The position numbers and the translations under genes are program-made. Positions 21,123 to 33,818 of a DNA stretch of 64,000 nt are shown here, in pieces. The DNA is taken from positions 1,271,039 through 1,335,038 of the forward strand of contig CAWBRY010000001.1 of assembly GCA_963791295.1 (NCBI GenBank). Reading direction: 5' to 3'. The stretch comes from an uncultured Sphingobacteriales bacterium. GTDB lineage: Bacteria; Bacteroidota; Bacteroidia; Chitinophagales; Chitinophagaceae. Each line of letters starts with the position of its first letter. Within the stretch, counting starts at the first letter, position 1. The notes under the pieces were generated by a model. That model was given only the letters and a program-made list of their open reading frames with translations, was not told the origin of the DNA and ran no database searches.

Positions 21123-22236
21123 TCAGATATATTTTAGATTTGTATTAGGCGACAAAATTAACAAAGTTTCATACATCATCCTGATCGTATTTTCAATATC
21201 ATCCCGGTGCAGCATTTCTACCGTGGTATGCATATAACGCAAAGGAATGGAAATCAGGACGGAAGGGCAACCATCGTTGGCGTACGCAAAAGAATCGGTA
21301 TCCGTTCCCGTACTCCGGCTCAAAGCTCTCCATTGGACGGGAATTTTATTATCGGCTGCCACTTTTTCCACCAATCGCCAACAGCTTATTATGGATGGCC
21401 GGGGCATAGGAAAGGACGGGGCCTTTTCCGCATTGTACTTCTCCCTCAATAAATTTATTGATCATGGGAGTGGTGGTATCATGAGTTACATCTGTAACGA
21501 TCGCAATATTAGGCTTGATCCTGCGGGCAATCATTTCAGCGCCCCGCAATCCAATTTCTTCCTGAACGGCATTCACCACATATAAGCCGAAATGGAAGTT
21601 TCTTCTTGTTTTCCTTGAGCAATCTCGCCACTTCTGCGATCATGATAACCGCCGATCCGGTTATCAAAGGCACGGCCAATAAAATTATTATTCGCCAGTT
21701 CATCAAACCCTCCGTATAGGTCACCACGGCTCCAATATGAATGCCAAGTGCCTCTACTTCTTTGCGGTTTCTTGCGCCGCAATCCAGCCAAAGATTTTCG
21801 ATCTTGGGCAGGGTATTCTTTTTGGTCCGGATTCCGGAACGGGTATGAATTGCCGGCCATCCAAAAACCGCTTTTACCGTCCCTTTTTTGCCATGAATGA
21901 TAACCCGCTGAGCCGGGGCGATCACGGGATCGACTCCGCCATTTCTTTTCACATACATCAATCCTTCTGGCGTAACATAATTGACAAACCAACTGATCTC
22001 ATCGGCATGCGCTTCAATAACCACTTTGAATGGAAGATTGGCATTGATGACTCCAACGGCCGTTCCATAGGGATCTGTGAATTGAGAATCCACATAAGGT
22101 TTTAAGATATTCAAGCCACAACCGCTGGCCCCTGTGATTCAAATCCAACAGGTGAAGGGTTATTTATATAATTACGAAAGAATTCCATGCCTTTGTCAGT
22201 AATGATCGATTTTTTTGATTTTATTGCTTTCGCCAT
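21123..22236 (-). pseudogene. M42 family metallopeptidase (FrvX/YsdC-like), frameshifted
   Basis: MAKAIKSKKSIITDKGMEFFRNYINNPSPVGFE... then PYVDSQFTDPYGTAVGVINA...VIEAHADEI...; middle VQEEIGLRGA; C-terminal ...IPLRYMHTTVEMLHRDDIE. At least 4 frame changes. Confidence 0.8.
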
Positions 22237-22245
22237 AAAGAATTA

Positions 22246-23134
22246 TTAATTGGTAAAAATAATTAAATGCCGGGGATCAACAGTGATGAATGCGGGAAGT
22301 GCCATGAGTCCATCCAATACCAAATAATAAAACACATCGGAAAAATTTCGTTGCGAATAGTTGAACAGGAAAGCAAGGATGATTCCCGGCAATGCCAACA
22401 GAGCCAACACTGACACACATAGAATAATTAAAATGCAGCAGGCAGCAGAGTGGCAACCGCGAAGATGATAAGGGAAGCAAGTAAACAGGTAAAGGATCCC
22501 GCGTTGATCGAGATAGGTGATGAGGCTGCGGATGCCATTGGCTTTATCATCTTCGCGGTCGCGACAATCAAACAGGATACAGATTGCATAGATCAGGAAA
22601 AACCTGCTGATGAAAAAATAAAAAAATGAAATCTGTCCACGTCTCACGGGAAAGGATAACCGGTAATATCGGTGGTCACATAAGTCCATACAAACGCCAG
22701 GAAGATCGTTTTTCCCGAACGCGACTTTGCGCAGGGCGCGAAACAAGGGATGCGGAATTTTTGGCGCGGAATATAAAAAGGTCACAACGGCCGAGAACAG
22801 CCAACCAATGCCAGTAGGGCAACAATTGAAAAAAGAAAATGCCGGCGCCAATGAGACCGATAAAAAACAAAATCGTGTGGGCTATGCGGTTAGGTATTCA
22901 ACCAATCCATACGTCGAGATGGAAAAACTGAATGGGAAGTCAGCTGCCAATGAAAACTATAGCTGCAAAGGGTGGAAAAGAGAACGAAAAACAGGAATGA
23001 ATTATTGGTGGGGGCATTCAACAATAGTTGATAGGTCTGAATGACCATGGCAACGGCACAGCCGACAATAAAGAGATTACTGTAGACTAAAAAATAAAAG
23101 AAATTTTTGAAAAAGTTTCAATGGTCAGACTCAT
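22246..23134 (-). pseudogene. UbiA-family prenyltransferase, frameshifted
   Basis: Polytopic hydrophobic protein with an FDCRDREDDKANGIRSL motif (a D-rich prenyl-diphosphate site). Pieces 22246-22851, 22676-22870 and upstream to the ATG at 23134, which overlaps the stop of the preceding gene (ATGA). Confidence 0.6.
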
Positions 23135-23593
23135 GGTTTGATAAGCCTTATTTTTTCAGATTCGCTATAGTTGCTGACGATGTGCGGCTTTATCTTATCA
23201 AGGAGCAATAAACCCAAAGTAGCGGTTGTATCGCGTTCAGACACGCCCGGCAAAGGAGACAATATCCGGCCAGTTGTTCGTATTGTATTCAAAGGTCACA
23301 TTCGAGGTCGGCCCTGGCTGGGTGCCAACAGGCAGTCTTAGGTTGGATAACTATATCGAAAGGTATCATTCAGAGTTGGCGGTATCGCCTTCATACCATT
23401 TATATACGATTAATACGGAATCGATGTCGCCCTGATCATCCGAAAATCGGGACTTCAGATTGACAATATCGCCATCGTGACGGTGTTCGGTGAAATCGAT
23501 TTAACGGTAACCTGAGGTTCTGTTGTAAATTTATCTTTTTTACATTTTGTAAGGATCAATGGCGAAAGCTACCAGGGCAGGAATAGATTTCAT
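23131..23593 (-). pseudogene. Small lipoprotein-like hypothetical protein, heavily frameshifted
   Basis: Reconstructed by eye: MKSIPALVAFAI.LTKCKKDKFTTEPQVTVKSISPNTV..GDIVNLKSRFSDDQGDIDSVLIVYKWYEGDTANSE...GVSERDTTATLGLLLLDK...KIRLIKP*. At least 4 frame changes and no named family. Confidence 0.35.
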
Positions 23594-23602
23594 TATTGCA
23601 AT

Positions 23603-24677
23603 TTGAGTGAAAACAAATTTACAGTTTTTTATTATACAATTCCGGGGATGGGGCGTGAATGGAATGATAAAATTTTACGCGTAAATGAAGTCAGTTTGAA
23701 GCACTGGCGCTTGAAATTTTCAGGTTTCAATACCAACACAATCCCGTTTATCGACAGTATGTCGATGCAGTTGAATAGTCGATCCTGGCTACTATTCAAA
23801 GTATCAGGCACAATTCCGTTCCTGCCGATAGGGTTTTTCCGGTCTCACGAAGTGAAGACAACCGATTTCCAACCCGAGTGCAATATTTGAAAGTAGCGGA
23901 ATACCAGTGGGTCGAATGTAAGCCGGCATTTCATCAAGGATCTTTCCTGGTATGAAAGAAGTTTTCTGAGAATTTTCGAATTTATTTTATGGACAATGTA
24001 AAAGATTATTGCATCATTGGGTTGTTGCCATCTTATCTGGAAAGAAAGAATTCTTCGCTGGTGTATATGACCGATAAGTTGATCGATGCGAGCGGGCATC
24101 AAATACAGTGGAATTTATCTCGAATGAATATTGCAAAGCTTGAACATGTATTAAAGGAATTAGAACAAGAGCACCAAACAGACATGGCTGATAGGTGTCA
24201 GCTTTGCTTTGCTGGACTTAGCTGAACAATTATTCGATCGATCGTGATATGCTTGTATTGAATCGGACAATTGTTGATGGAAACGGGAGGAATGAAAGGC
24301 AGGAAGGAAGAGATGATCAGGCGGAAGTGCATGATCCTGAAAAAAGCTTTTCCAGTCGGGAGTATTCATTCGGAATATGGAATGACGGAGCTTCTATCGC
24401 AGGCCTATTCAAGCCGGAGAAGGATTTTTCAATGTCCTCCATGGATGAAGGTGTCTTGCCAGGGATGAGGAAGATCCGTTCAGGCGATGCGTATCCCGGA
24501 ACGTCGAAAGGGATACTCAATCCGGTGGCCAATAAATATTATTGACCTTGCAAATGTTTATTCCTGTTCTTTCATCGCCACCGATGATATAGGGCGCTAT
24601 ATCCTGATGGAAGATTTGAAGTGCTTGGGCGGATGGATGGAAGCGATCTGCGAGGTTGCAGCCTCATGGTTGTGTAG
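23603..24677 (+). pseudogene. LuxE-like acyl-protein synthetase/acyl-adenylate enzyme (Bacteroidota 'acyl transferase' family), frameshifted
   Basis: IPFLPIGFFRSHEV, an SSG...-type AMP motif in a shifted frame, METGGMKGRKEEM, EYGMTELLSQAYS, and a C-terminal FEVLGRMDGSDLRGCSLMVV* ending at 24677. Many frame changes. Confidence 0.6.
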
Positions 24678-24728
24678 ACTTTGAAGATTGACATTCCTCT
24701 CAATTGGAGAGGGGGCTGGGAGTGAGGG

Positions 24729-25492
24729 CTACGCATTAAAGATCCATTCCTTGAATTGCGGTGAATTTTCCTGGCTCACGATAATACAATGATTGAGATC
24801 GGGGACCATCAGGTCCACCTGTAATTTCACTTTTTCAAAGGTCTTAAACCCTTTGATAAAATTGATATTGATGATGTATTGACGGTTGGCCCTGAAGAAT
24901 ACATTGTTGTCAAGGATTTCTTCCAATTCAGTCAGCGTTTTATCTGCCAGGTATTTTTTGCCTGTGCGGTCAATCACAAAGACCAGTTTGTGTTCGGTAT
25001 AGAAGAAAATGATGTCTTCCAGCTTTAGGGCGATATGTTCAAGTCCTTTGCGGACGACCAGCCTGTTTTTCTTACGCGTTTCATAATTTTTGACCAGGTG
25101 GTTGATCTTATTGGTCTTGCGCGGCAAAATGTTTTTCAAAATTGTGATATTTCAGTAATGCATTTTCCAGTTCTTTCTTATCGATCGGCTTTAGCAGGTA
25201 ATCGATGCCATTGAAAGTGAAGGCATTCATCATGAACTCATCGTATCCTGTAACAAAGATGACCGGTATTTGAACAGAGATATTCTTGAAAATTTCAAAT
25301 GAAATGCCATCAGGCAATTGCACGTCACTAAAGATAAGATCGACGGCAGGCGAATTAGATAAATATTCTATACTTTCCTTCACAGTTGTCAAGCACGGCT
25401 TCCACCTGCACTTCGGCATTGATTTCCGAAAGTGCTTGCACAAGCACTTCCATCGCCGGTCTTTCATCTTCGATAATAATCGCATTTAACAT
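24729..25492 (-). pseudogene. LytR/AlgR-family response regulator (receiver + LytTR), frameshifted
   Basis: MLNAIIIEDERPAMEVL... (ATG at 25492); DLIFSDVQLPDGISF...VIFVTGYDEF in piece 25108-25485; LytTR domain in piece 24729-25139 (...IIFFYTEHKLVFVI...FFRANRQYIININ). Confidence 0.85.
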
Positions 25493-25543
25493 ATGGCTAT
25501 ATTTTTACTTAGGTTAAAAATGGCTGCTCTGATAAATGGCAGT

Positions 25544-26548
25544 TTAACAGTAAACCGTTCTTTTGTTTCTTTCAATAATAATATCCTTATTGCAAAGAAG
25601 TTTATATCGCGAACTCAGGTTTTTCAGTCCGATCTGTGTTGAATTAATAACATAAGGTTTGGGCCGGATGTTGTTCGTCACTTTCAGGTGTTCTCCGTTC
25701 ATTTCAATGGCGATATGCAACGGATATTCGGTGCTGAATTCATTATGCTTGATCGCATTTTCAACCAACAATTGCAGAGAGCAGGGCGGGATCATGGTGC
25801 TATCCCTTCGGATACTGGGATCCAGCCGCGTTTCAAATTGCAGTTTATTATCATGCCGTAAGTTGAAGCAGGAAAAAATAGTCATCAATGAATTCCAGTT
25901 CATTTTTTATTGAGATCAGTTCCCGTCGTTTATTGATCAGAAAATATTTATAAACCTGAGCCAGCTTATTGTTATAAGTATGGGCCTGCATTGGGTTATT
26001 CAGGATGAGGTGATTCAGGGTGTTGAGGGAATTGAAGATGAAATGAGGGTCCATTTCATTGATAAGGGCCTGCAGTTCAGCCTGGGACCGTTCATGGTCA
26101 AGTTGGTCAACGATCTTGTTATCCAGCTCTCTTTCTTTGTTTAGAAAAAGTATTTCATAGATAAGGGTGAAGACAATGACAGCCAGTGACACAGAAGGCG
26201 ATAAAATTGTAGATGCTGCTTGCGGTCAAAGGCTTCTTTGGAAATCTTCATCCAGCCAGTTGCCGCGCAGGCAATCCGACCGATGATCGCGCCATAAATG
26301 GCGGAAAAGGCGACACCGCGGCCATTTTGGTAAAAGGATTTGTAAAAAAGCGGATTTCGTCGGCGCAGGCGGCCATGGATCCAGTTGCATCCGCCCCAGA
26401 TAAGAGGCGAAACAAGAATAAAGAAGAGATTGGCTGCCAGCAGTTCGGGAAAACTATATAGCCGATAGTGGATAATGCCGGACAGGACAGGCAGAAAGAC
26501 TCCCAGCAAAGGAATAAAAACTATCCTTAGAAATACATCCTTGATCAT
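25544..26548 (-). pseudogene. LytS/YehU-type sensor histidine kinase, frameshifted
   Basis: Three pieces. The N-terminus holds TM helices. The middle piece has QALINEMDPHFIFNSLNTLNHLI (His_kinase motif). The C-terminal piece has IPPCSLQLLVENAIKHN (HATPase N-box). Confidence 0.8.
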
Positions 26549-26901
26549 CGAAGCAGTGGTTTGGATATAAAATGCCCTTTTGTCAACCTGTGTTTTCTCA
26601 TGTGCAGGTATAACGTTTAATTGACATAAATCTATTTGTGATAGCTGTTAAGCAATACCAAATATTCCTTTCGCGGAAAAAATCCCTTACAAGTGGTAAA
26701 TACTGAGAAAACCACGCTGCTAATGGTAGGAGGTCGCAGCTGATAAACGGACAATACATAGATACTGAGCTGCATTAGAATCGCCGCATCGTTTATCATA
26801 AGTACCGCGGAACGTCGGCATCGTTTTAGTGGCATCGGGATTACAAATAATATATGGCCTTAATGATCATTTTTGCTGGTTTATTCATCAATTTTCACGA
26901 C

Positions 26902-27182
26902 TCATGCGAGGCGAATATCTGGATAGAGGTAACCGTTGGTAAAATAATCGTCGATAATATCCGTGATTTTTAATGGACGGCTGATTCCGCAGGGGTTTTT
27001 ATATTTGCAGTGGCATAAAAGGTAGGGATTAACGATGTTTGAGAGGTCCTGTTTTTCATGCTTCAGATAATTAAGCTTATCTGCGCTGATGCAACATACC
27101 CGCAATTCGTCTTGTCCTCTAGCCAGTACACCTGACCCACACCAGGAAAGAATTCCAACCCGTGTACCTTCAATTCAACCAT
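26902..27182 (-). other. Possible small Cys-containing ORF, unidentified and possibly frameshifted
   Basis: The ATG at 27182 gives MVELKVHGLEFFPGVGQVYWLEDKTNCGYV..., and a neighbouring frame continues ...ISADKLNYLKHEKQDLSNIVNPYLLCHCKYKNPCGISRPLKITDIIDDYFTNGYLYPDIRLA*. No family recognised. Confidence 0.2.
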
Positions 27183-27234
27183 AGCTGCGAATAGGGTTGG
27201 CTATCTGCAGGCCCTTAATCTAAAATATATTTAC

Positions 27235-30201
27235 ATGAAAAGGTATTTCCTCTTTGCATTGTCCTTTCTGGCAATCCAAATCATGGCTATGCGCCAACGG
27301 GATGTGACGGGTAAGGTTACAGATGCCAGAGATGGCACTCCGCTCTCCGGCGTCAGCGTAACAATTAAAGGCACCCGCACCGGAACGACAACCGATCAGA
27401 ACGGGCAATTCAGAATTTCACGTCCGGCAACGGAGTGACTTGATTTTTTCCAACAGTGGGTTTTGCTGATAAAGAAGTGACGCCAGGAGCGGTCCTGTGA
27501 GCGTAACGCTGGCAGATCACCCAAAGCAACCTGCAGGAAGTGGTTGTCAACCGGTTATTCGGTCCAAAACAAGCGATCGGTTGCCGGCTCAGTTGCAAAG
27601 ATCAAAGGGGATGAGATCAAACTCCAGCCGTTGGGTTCATTTGATAAAGCATTGCAGGGAAAGATGCCCGGACTTTTATCACAATCCCAAAGCGGTCAGC
27701 CCGGTTCCCCTGCCGATGTGATCATCCGCGGTAAAGGATCGATCAACGGTACCAATACTCCACTATATATTATTGATGGTGTCCAGGTAAATGCTGCTGA
27801 TTTTTCAACCATCAATCCCGGAGATATTGAAACATTCAATATTCTCAAAGATGCATCGTCAACTTCCATTTATGGATCACAGGGGTGCCAATGGAGTTAT
27901 CGTTATCACCACCAAGAAAGGATCGGCAGGAAAAACCAGGGTTGATTATGATGGTCAGTATGGATATTCGGAATTGCCGACCAATAAGCTGGCGGCTGAT
28001 GAACATCAGCAGAGAAATTGCAGTATGAGTTCCATGACCGTCCGTTTTACGGACCTAATCCATTTGGATGGACCCCAGACTGAAGTGGATAGCCTGAGCC
28101 AGGCTTAATTATGATATCAAGGATATCCTTTTCCGCAAAGGAAAGACCCAGCAACATCAGGTGAGCTGTTTCCGGGGGTAATGAAAAAACAAGGTTTTAT
28201 ATCTCCGGATCCATTTTCGACCAGGAAGGAATTGTAATTACGACTGGCCTTAAACGTTATACAGGCAGGGTAAATATCGAAAATACTTTTGGAGATTTCA
28301 AAGTCGGACTGAACTCAACTTTCGGTTATTCAAGACAGATAGGAACTCGGGAAAATGACCAGTATATCGGTACACCTCTGAATGCCATCCGTTGGTTCAA
28401 TCCTTACCTGAGTCTTTATGATGAAGATGGAAATTATCAGCAGGATTTTTTTCAGGGTCAGCCCAATCCATTGCAGGAATTGCTCGAGAATAAAGGCAAT
28501 GGCGATGAATTAAAAGGCGTAGGTAATGTTTATGCAGAGTATTCAATATTCCATGGATAAAAGGCTTAAAGGCCCGAACTGTTTGGGGCGCTGATTATAC
28601 ACAAGATGAAGGGTTTACTTATCTCGACCGCACATACCGATCAGGGATCTCAATCCAAGGTGGAAATGGAGAAGTAGACAGGGCATTTGCAAAAACTATC
28701 AGATATACCGGAACGACATCGCTTAGTTATCCAACGCACCTTCGATGATCATGAAATAAGTTTAGCCGTTATATAATGAAATCATCCAGGGCAAGAGCGA
28801 AGGATTTGGGTTTAGCGGATTATGGCCTCGATGGTCCCTTCAGAAATGAGGCAGGGATTACTCCGGGTAGCAGTACAAATGGATATATTCCAATGGTGAC
28901 GGGAACGGGCACACGAAATGGCCTGGTTTCCTATTTCATCGATGGCAGTTATGGATATCAAAAGAAAATATTATATCAATGCAGGAGCACGGAGAGACGG
29001 GATGCTTCTTCCAGACTTTCCGCAGACGATCGCACGGCTACTTTCGGTCAGGTCGGATTTAGCTGGATCATGTCCGAAGAAAAATTTCTGCAGGGAGCAA
29101 GCGGCTGGCTGAATATCCTTAAATTGAAAACCAGCTATGGATCAGTAGGTAGCCAGGGTATTGGAGATTTCACTACCCGCGAATTTTTTGTTTCAACAGT
29201 ATATAATGGATTCAGTGGATTAGTATTGGCCAACCTTCCAAGGCCGCTGACCTGGGAAAGAAAAGTGATCTTCAATACCGGGTGTTGAATTTACGATGTT
29301 CAAAGGAAGATTTGGCGGAACGATTGAAGCTTACCGGAGCCTTACTAAGGAACTGTTCCTCGACCGGCAGTTATCCAGAACTTCCGGAGTTCCAATCCAT
29401 CAACGAATAACCTCGGTAAATTGGAGAACAAGGGGATTGAAGTTTCTCTGCAGGGCGATGTGATAAAAACCAAAGACTTTACCTGGAGTCTGTCCGTGAA
29501 CTATGCATATAACCAAAGCGAGTTGATTGACCAGACCGGACAGAAGAAAATATTTCCGGTCTTGTACATCAACAGAGTTGGTGAGGCAATTAATTCCCTC
29601 TATGTAGTGCGGTATGCCGGAGTGGATCCCGCAAACCGGTGACGCAATTGTATTATCAGGCCGATGGGAAAACAACGACAACAGTTTATGACCCGGCAGA
29701 CCGGGCAATTATCGGACCTAGCAGTCCTCCTCATTTTGGTGGCTTTTCATCAACGATCACTTATAAAGGTATTAGCCTGGATGTATTATTCAGTTATGCT
29801 TGTGGCAACTATATTTATAATAATGACCGCTTGAATGTGGAGAATCCGATTTATTGGTTCTCGGGCTTGTCAGCAGAAAATGCTGCGAGGAATGGCAGCA
29901 ACCTGGAGATATCACTGACATTCCAAGCCCTTTCAGTGATTTTCATCCGGAGACAACCCGATACGTTGAAAAAGGTAACTACCTGCGTTTGCGGAACATA
30001 ACCTTAAGTTATGCCTTACCAACAATCAATCATTGGATAGAGTGCAAAATAAGAAGTCTTCGCATTTTTGCCCAGGGTCAAAATTTGCATGTGTGGCACA
30101 ATTTCCAGGGATATGACCCTGAGGTTGTAACACAGATCTTGGGTGGTGCTCAATACCCCCAATTAAAAACTATCACGTTTGGCTTAAACCTTGGGTTTTA
30201 A
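27235..30201 (+). pseudogene. SusC/RagA-family TonB-dependent outer-membrane transporter (pair 1), frameshifted
   Basis: Signal peptide and carboxypeptidase-regulatory-like domain (VTGKVTDARDGTPLSGVSVTIKGTRTGTTTDQNGQF). Plug motifs (INGTNTPLYIIDGV, ILKDASSTSIYG). C-terminus ...QLKTITFGLNLGF*. At least 8 frame changes. Confidence 0.85.
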
Positions 30202-30207
30202 AAACAA

Positions 30208-31669
30208 ATGACTAAATTAAATTAATCAATATAAATTAAAAATATTAGCTGGGGTAGTTGCTCTTCTTGTCGCTGGCATCTTGCAAAAAAGTGTTGGAAA
30301 AAGACCCCGAATTTCTGCTCGACGGGGCGAACTCAATAGCGTGGAAGATTATGAATTTGCATTGACGGGCGCTTACAGGTCATTCCAGAATGTTAATTAT
30401 TATGGCGCGACCAGTGCTGCATCTAATGCATTTGTAGCTCTTCCGGATATGTTGGCTGATGGGCTGGAAGAAACTGGGGAGTCGCTTGGAAACGAGGAGA
30501 ACTTTTCGAGATGGCTATATGCAGAAGATGACAATCAAATTGAAGCCACCTGGCTGGCGGCTTATGAAATTATTGCCAATGCAAATATTATCACCAGCGG
30601 AATAGACGCATTTGCATCGGAGGACCAGGGCGCCGTAAATCGTATCAAGGCCCAGGCCTTAGCTATCCGAGCCATGGTCCATTTCGATCTCATGCGATAT
30701 TTGGTAGATGAATATGATCGTAATTCAACAAGTCCCGGTGTTCCTTATATAGATGTGTATGATTATGAACAAAAACCATCGCGTGGCACAGTTAAGGAAG
30801 ACTATGACCACATTGTGGCTGACATGCATACAGCGCTAGCCCTGATGGACAATATGGATCATCATATAAATTCCGGAGGCAGTCGTGCGTATATAGATGC
30901 AGATGGAGTTTATGGCATCCTGGCAAGAGTGTATTTATATGCAAACGAACTCGACAGCGCGGTCAAATATTCAACGTTGGCAATCAATGATATGCCATTG
31001 GCGCCGATATCAATGAATTTCAGAATATCTGGACAGATGCTTCAAATGCTGAAGTACTTTGGTCTTGTGTATTCGAGGCCGGACAAGGAACGCTAGGAGC
31101 CAATGCATATTTTGCCCCTTCCAATCGCAGTGAATATGGACCGCCATTTGATTTGCTCTTATTATATGATGATGCAAATGACGTTCGGTTTTCTTCCTAT
31201 TACGCAGTGGTAGAAGACGGATTCGGAGTTTCCCGATTTATATTAGCAAAATATCTTGCTAAGTCTTTTCAACTGAGCAATCCCGATGGTGTCACAAATT
31301 TCAAAGCCCTGCGCACGGGTGAAATGTACTTGATCCGGGCAGAGGCTTATGCGAGGCTGGGTGGTGTAAATGAAGCTTTGGGACTCGATGATCTAAATGC
31401 ATTTGAGAGCAGCAAGAATAAATGGATATGTCCCCGATGTGCTGACTGGTACAGCATTTGATTGATGCCATTTTCCTGGAAAGAGTGAAGGAACTCGAAG
31501 CCGAAGGTCATCGTTTTTTTGACCTGAAAAGAACGACCCGTACAGTCAATCGTCCCAGTTGCAGCAGTTTTTGCACTTTGGATCCAGCGGCCGTTCATGG
31601 ACATGGCCGATTCCTCAACCAGAGATCGATGCCAACCCGAATATCATTCCGCAGAATCCGGGATATTAA
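30208..31669 (+). pseudogene. SusD/RagB-family nutrient-binding lipoprotein (pair 1), frameshifted
   Basis: Immediately follows SusC. Central 271-aa piece. Typical motifs: ALRAMVHFDLMRY, LARVYLYANE, MYLIRAEAYARLG, FLERVKELEAEGHRFFDLKR. Ends ...IDANPNIIPQNPGY* at 31669. Confidence 0.8.
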
Positions 31670-31733
31670 TATCACGCATAAGATAAATGCGCGATGGTTT
31701 GGATAAATTTTTCTGTGAGTTAGGGTTTATACA

Positions 31734-31764
31734 AAAGCTGTTACTTTATGTAGCAGCTTTTTTT
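31734..31764 (+). terminator. Rho-independent terminator after SusD (pair 1)
   Basis: AAAGCTGTTAC/GTAGCAGCTTT 11-bp stem (one G-U pair), loop TTTAT, followed by a T-run. Confidence 0.6.
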
Positions 31765-32276
31765 CTGAGTATGAACGGCTCAAAATTAAGATTGATGGAA
31801 TGGTAATGAAATTCAGACAGAAGCTTCATGCTTCAGTAAATAAATCAGTGGTTTGAATTGAATGAGGCGTAATTTTAACATGTCAGTAGGAAAAGTTAGT
31901 GCCCATAATAAAAGTTCCGCTCCGGGACCTCACTCTTAGGCAACGGACGGAACATAAACGATTTTCTCATGTGACGGTCAGAGAAGACCTAGCATACGCA
32001 GGTGGTTTTCTAGCCAGCCTGCTTTTTCTTTTATAAATATAGGGAATAATTAAATTCCCGGTTTCTCCAGACAGGTTGTGAAAATCAATTGTCAGGCCAA
32101 GGCTTCTCGAGTCCGATGCAGCAAAATGAATTCTTCATTTCTTGGCAGTAATATATTAAATCTGATATTCTAATATATTATGGATTATGTACGAGCGGGC
32201 CTTGATCAGCCTGATGTATTATGATGCGAGACGCCTAAAAATGGCCTGTTTCTACTTTTTAGTATAAATTGATTCG

Positions 32277-32284
32277 TACCTTTG
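32277..32284 (+). promoter_or_regulatory. Candidate -7 box (TAnnTTTG) of the suf operon
   Basis: TACCTTTG lies 40 nt upstream of the sufB ATG at 32324. Confidence 0.35.
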
Positions 32285-32323
32285 TGGCGATGAAAAAAGA
32301 AACACACAGCTAAAGAAAATCCC

Positions 32324-33775
32324 ATGAAAGAGGAACTGATCCGATCGAAACTGCCGTCCTTAACGAATATAAATATGGCTTTACTTCTGATTTTGAATCC
32401 GATGCGGCACCCAAAGGGATTGAGTGAGGATATGTCCGTTTATTTCCGACAAAAAGAATGAACCGCAATGGATGCTGGATTGGCGATTGAAAGCTTATCG
32501 CCATTGGCTTAAATTGGCAGGAGAAGAGCCGAAGTGGGCCAACATGCAATTACCCGCCGATCGATTACCAGGACATCATTTATTATTCTGCACCTATTCA
32601 AAAAATAAAACCCAATAGTCTGGATGAGATCGATCCGGAATTAAGAAGGACTTTTGAAAAATTAGGTATTTCGCTGGATGAACAAAAACGATTCAGCGGA
32701 GTGGCCGTTGATGCCGTGATTGATAGTGTTTCTATCGGTACAAGTTTCAAAAAACAACTTTCTGAATTGGGTATCATTTTTTGTTCCATGAGTGAAGCGG
32801 TGCAGGAGCATCCCGAACTGGTAAAAAAATATTTAGGCACTGTTGTTCCCATTACTGATAATTATTTTGCTGCACTGAATTCCGCAGTTTTCAGTGATGG
32901 TTCTTTTTGTTATATCCCCAAAGGTGTTCGTTGCCCGATGGAACTGTCCACTTATTTCCGGATCAATGCAGAAAATACAGGACAGTTTGAAAGAACATTG
33001 ATTGTTGCAGAAGAAGGAAGTTATGTAAGTTATCTGGAAGGATGTACAGCTCCGATGCGTGATGAAAATCAATTGCACGCAGCTGTGGTTGAACTGATCG
33101 CACTGGACAATGCAGAAATAAAATATTCAACCGTTCAGAACTGGTATCCCGGCGATAAAGAAGGTAAAGGGGGGATTTACAATTTCGTAACCAAGCGCGG
33201 AATTTGCAAAGGTGATCAATTCAAAGATTTCCTGGACACAGGTAGAAACAGGTTCAGCCATCACCTGGAAATATCCGAGTGTGATTTTAAAAGGCGATAA
33301 TTCAGTCGGTGAATTTTATTCCGTTGCGGTGACCAATAATCATCAGCAGGCTGATACGGGTACAAAAATGCAACACCTTGGAAAGAATACAAAAAGCCGG
33401 ATCGTATCAAAAGGAATTTCTGCCGGCCTCAGCAATAATAGTTACAGGGGTTTGGTGCATGTCAGCAAGAATGCAGCCAATGCCCGGAATTTTTCCCAAT
33501 GCGATTCACTTTTGTTGGGTGATAAATGCGGTGCACATACATTTCCCTATATCGAAGTAAAAAACAATACGGCCATAGTAGAACATGAAGCTACCACTTC
33601 GAAGATTGGCGAAGACCAGATCTTTTATTGCAATCAACGAGGCATCGATACAGAGACTGCCGTGGCACTGATCGTAAATGGATTTGCAAGAGAAGTAATG
33701 AATCAATTGCCGATGGAATTTGCGGTGGAAGCGCAAAAATTATTGGCGATTAGTCTGGAAGGAAGCGTAGGGTAA
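32324..33775 (+). pseudogene. sufB: Fe-S cluster assembly scaffold SufB, frameshifted as sequenced
   Basis: Pieces 32324-, 32424-, 32701-33300 and 33212-33775. Motifs: [66 protein letters not shown], and C-terminal [21 protein letters not shown]. Confidence 0.9.
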
Positions 33776-33818
33776 ATAGTCAGTTGTAAAACTAATATAG
33801 ATCATAAATAAGTAAATT

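Noticed and set aside
26632-26835. 67-aa minus-strand ORF in the HK/SusC intergenic region
   Set aside because: No motif, odd composition, no plausible start context. Likely spurious.
31914-31955. A tRNA or SRP RNA in the suf upstream spacer
   Set aside because: The hairpin has a roughly 19-nt loop and no cloverleaf arms. The neighbouring GGTCAG...GAAG stretch lacks the conserved SRP domain IV GGAA/GCAGC pattern.
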